NCBI GenBank assembly: GCA_016219925.1
Contig: JACRJU010000015.1
Span: 4,672-68,671 of the forward strand
Reading direction: 5' to 3'
DNA length: 64,000 nucleotides
Origin: Candidatus Uhrbacteria bacterium
GTDB taxonomy: Bacteria > Patescibacteriota > Patescibacteriia > UBA9934 > GWF2-40-263
The notes under the pieces are model-generated. The model worked only from the letters and a program-made list of their open reading frames with translations, ran no database searches and was not told the origin of the DNA. The position numbers and the translations under genes are program-made. This document shows, in pieces, positions 63,072 through 64,000 of this stretch; positions within the stretch are counted from its first letter, which is position 1; each line of letters opens with the position of its first letter.

Positions 63072-64000
63072 ATGCCCGTGGAGGAACTGTTTTTTGAAAT
63101 CGGAACCATCCTCGTTTTGGCGGCGTTTTTCTCGCTCGTGGTTTTTCGTTTTCGCCAGCCGCTCATTTTGGGATACATCATAACCGGCATCGTTGCCGGT
63201 CCGGGCGTACTCGCGCTGACGCATAACACGGAAGTGTTTGAAGTGATGTCGCAAATCGGTGTGGCGTTTTTGTTGTTCACGGTCGGGCTCGGTCTTAACT
63301 GGCGATCGCTCAAAGAAGTCGGCGGCATTTCGCTTGCAACGGGCGTTGGTCAAGTCCTTTTTACAACCGTGATCGGCATGGTGATCGGTCTGGGGCTTGG
63401 GTTTAATCTGGTTTCGAGCGTCTATCTGGCCGTCGCGTTTTCTTTTTCCTCTACGATCATCATCGTGAAGCTCCTTATGGATAAAGAAGAAATCGACACG
63501 CTCTATGGCCGCATCAGCGTAGGTTTTCTTCTCGTACAAGATTTCATCGCCATGTTGCTTTTGTTGGGCATTGCTTCGCTTACCGGCGGGGCGACTCCGG
63601 AGCAGGCGTTTGCTTCCGTTGTTCTCAAGGCTTTGATTCTTGTGCCGATTCTCTGGCTCGTTTCTGCCAAGCTGATTCCGCGTTTGCTTTCGTATGTTGC
63701 GCGATCGCAGGAGATGCTGTTTATTTTTTCCGTTGCGTGGTGTTTTTTGGTCGCTGGGATTTTGGTGATGTTCGGTTTTGGAATGGAGATCGGGGCGCTC
63801 ATCGCCGGCATTGCTCTTTCCAGTTCAGTCTATCAGCGCGAAATCAGCGCGCGCGTCCGGCCGCTACGCGATTTTTTCTTGATCATCTTCTTTATCGTTC
63901 TCGGTACTCGTCTTGGCTTTGAACACGCCAGCGTGCTTCTGATTCCAACGATCATTTTCAGCTTATCTATCCTGATTGGTCATCCGCTCATCGTCCTTTT
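63072..64000 (+). CDS. Monovalent cation:proton antiporter (CPA2/KefB-like), 3' end outside the window
   Basis: It is polytopic, with GIVAGPGVL, FLLF.VGL and SSTIIIVKLL motifs typical of Na+/H+ and K+/H+ exchangers. Confidence 0.75.
   Translation, partial: MPVEELFFEIGTILVLAAFFSLVVFRFRQPLILGYIITGIVAGPGVLALTHNTEVFEVMSQIGVAFLLFTVGLGLNWRSLKEVGGISLATGVGQVLFTTVIGMVIGLGLGFNLVSSVYLAVAFSFSSTIIIVKLLMDKEEIDTLYGRISVGFLLVQDFIAMLLLLGIASLTGGATPEQAFASVVLKALILVPILWLVSAKLIPRLLSYVARSQEMLFIFSVAWCFLVAGILVMFGFGMEIGALIAGIALSSSVYQREISARVRPLRDFFLIIFFIVLGTRLGFEHASVLLIPTIIFSLSILIGHPLIVL

Noticed and set aside
1-64000. CRISPR arrays, rRNA genes, transposases or integrases, and toxin-antitoxin pairs.
   Set aside because: No regularly spaced direct repeats with unique spacers were found. 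No rRNA-like conserved segments were found. No DDE, serine or tyrosine recombinase motifs were found in any ORF. The repeats present are inverted or hairpin-type, not CRISPR-type.

Overview
This looks like a bacterial chromosome segment with a small-genome, CPR/Patescibacteria-like flavour, though I cannot place the taxon from sequence alone. Supporting hints are an archaeal-type PGI/PMI, an NadM-type NMNAT, DUF378, a translin-family protein, and short UvrA and UvrC. Coding density is high and mostly on the + strand.

Recognisable genes:
- pyrD (5' partial), a gpsA-like gene and an FGGY/glycerol-kinase-like gene.
- A copper cluster: a small Met/Cys-rich secreted protein, an HMA-DsbD-like-cupredoxin fusion, and copA.
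- A CDP-alcohol phosphatidyltransferase, an ABC exporter, bcp, rplI, pyrG, tdk, rpmA and an Nfu-like gene.
- Cell-wall and division genes in three separated blocks: mraY-ftsW-murG; murD-murE with a PH-domain protein, an FtsB-like gene and a parvulin PPIase; and mraZ-rsmH-ftsL-like, separated by about 11 kb from ftsI-murF.
- An RlpA-like gene, ftsE and ftsX.
- uvrB and uvrA adjacent, and a short uvrC-like gene about 1.3 kb downstream.
- A IIA-type P-type ATPase, a translin-family pair, a GT2 glycosyltransferase, cysS, a GH-A-type lipoprotein, a NUDIX-CobO fusion, mgtE, a SAM methyltransferase and a CPA2 antiporter (3' partial).
- Seven tRNAs: Lys-TTT, Thr-CGT, Gly-CCC, Gln-TTG, Pro-CGG, Pro-GGG and Glu-CTC.

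I found no rRNA, CRISPR array, transposase or integrase.

The most unusual content is non-coding and repeat structure:
1. A family of four or more intergenic hairpin elements. They share a conserved ~33-nt core but have different, mutually complementary outer stems.
2. A ~150-bp GC-rich inverted-repeat pair about 6 kb apart that brackets mraZ-rsmH-ftsL.
3. A 182-bp near-perfect palindromic element.
4. A tandem pair of GC-rich paralogous genes that share an identical 129-bp 3'-end/terminator repeat; one copy appears frameshifted.

Several single genes sit in visibly GC-rich islands, mraZ among them.

Other oddities are a 2H-phosphoesterase-like fusion protein, a NUDIX-CobO fusion, and a CysRS carrying an AT-rich zinc-ribbon insertion.
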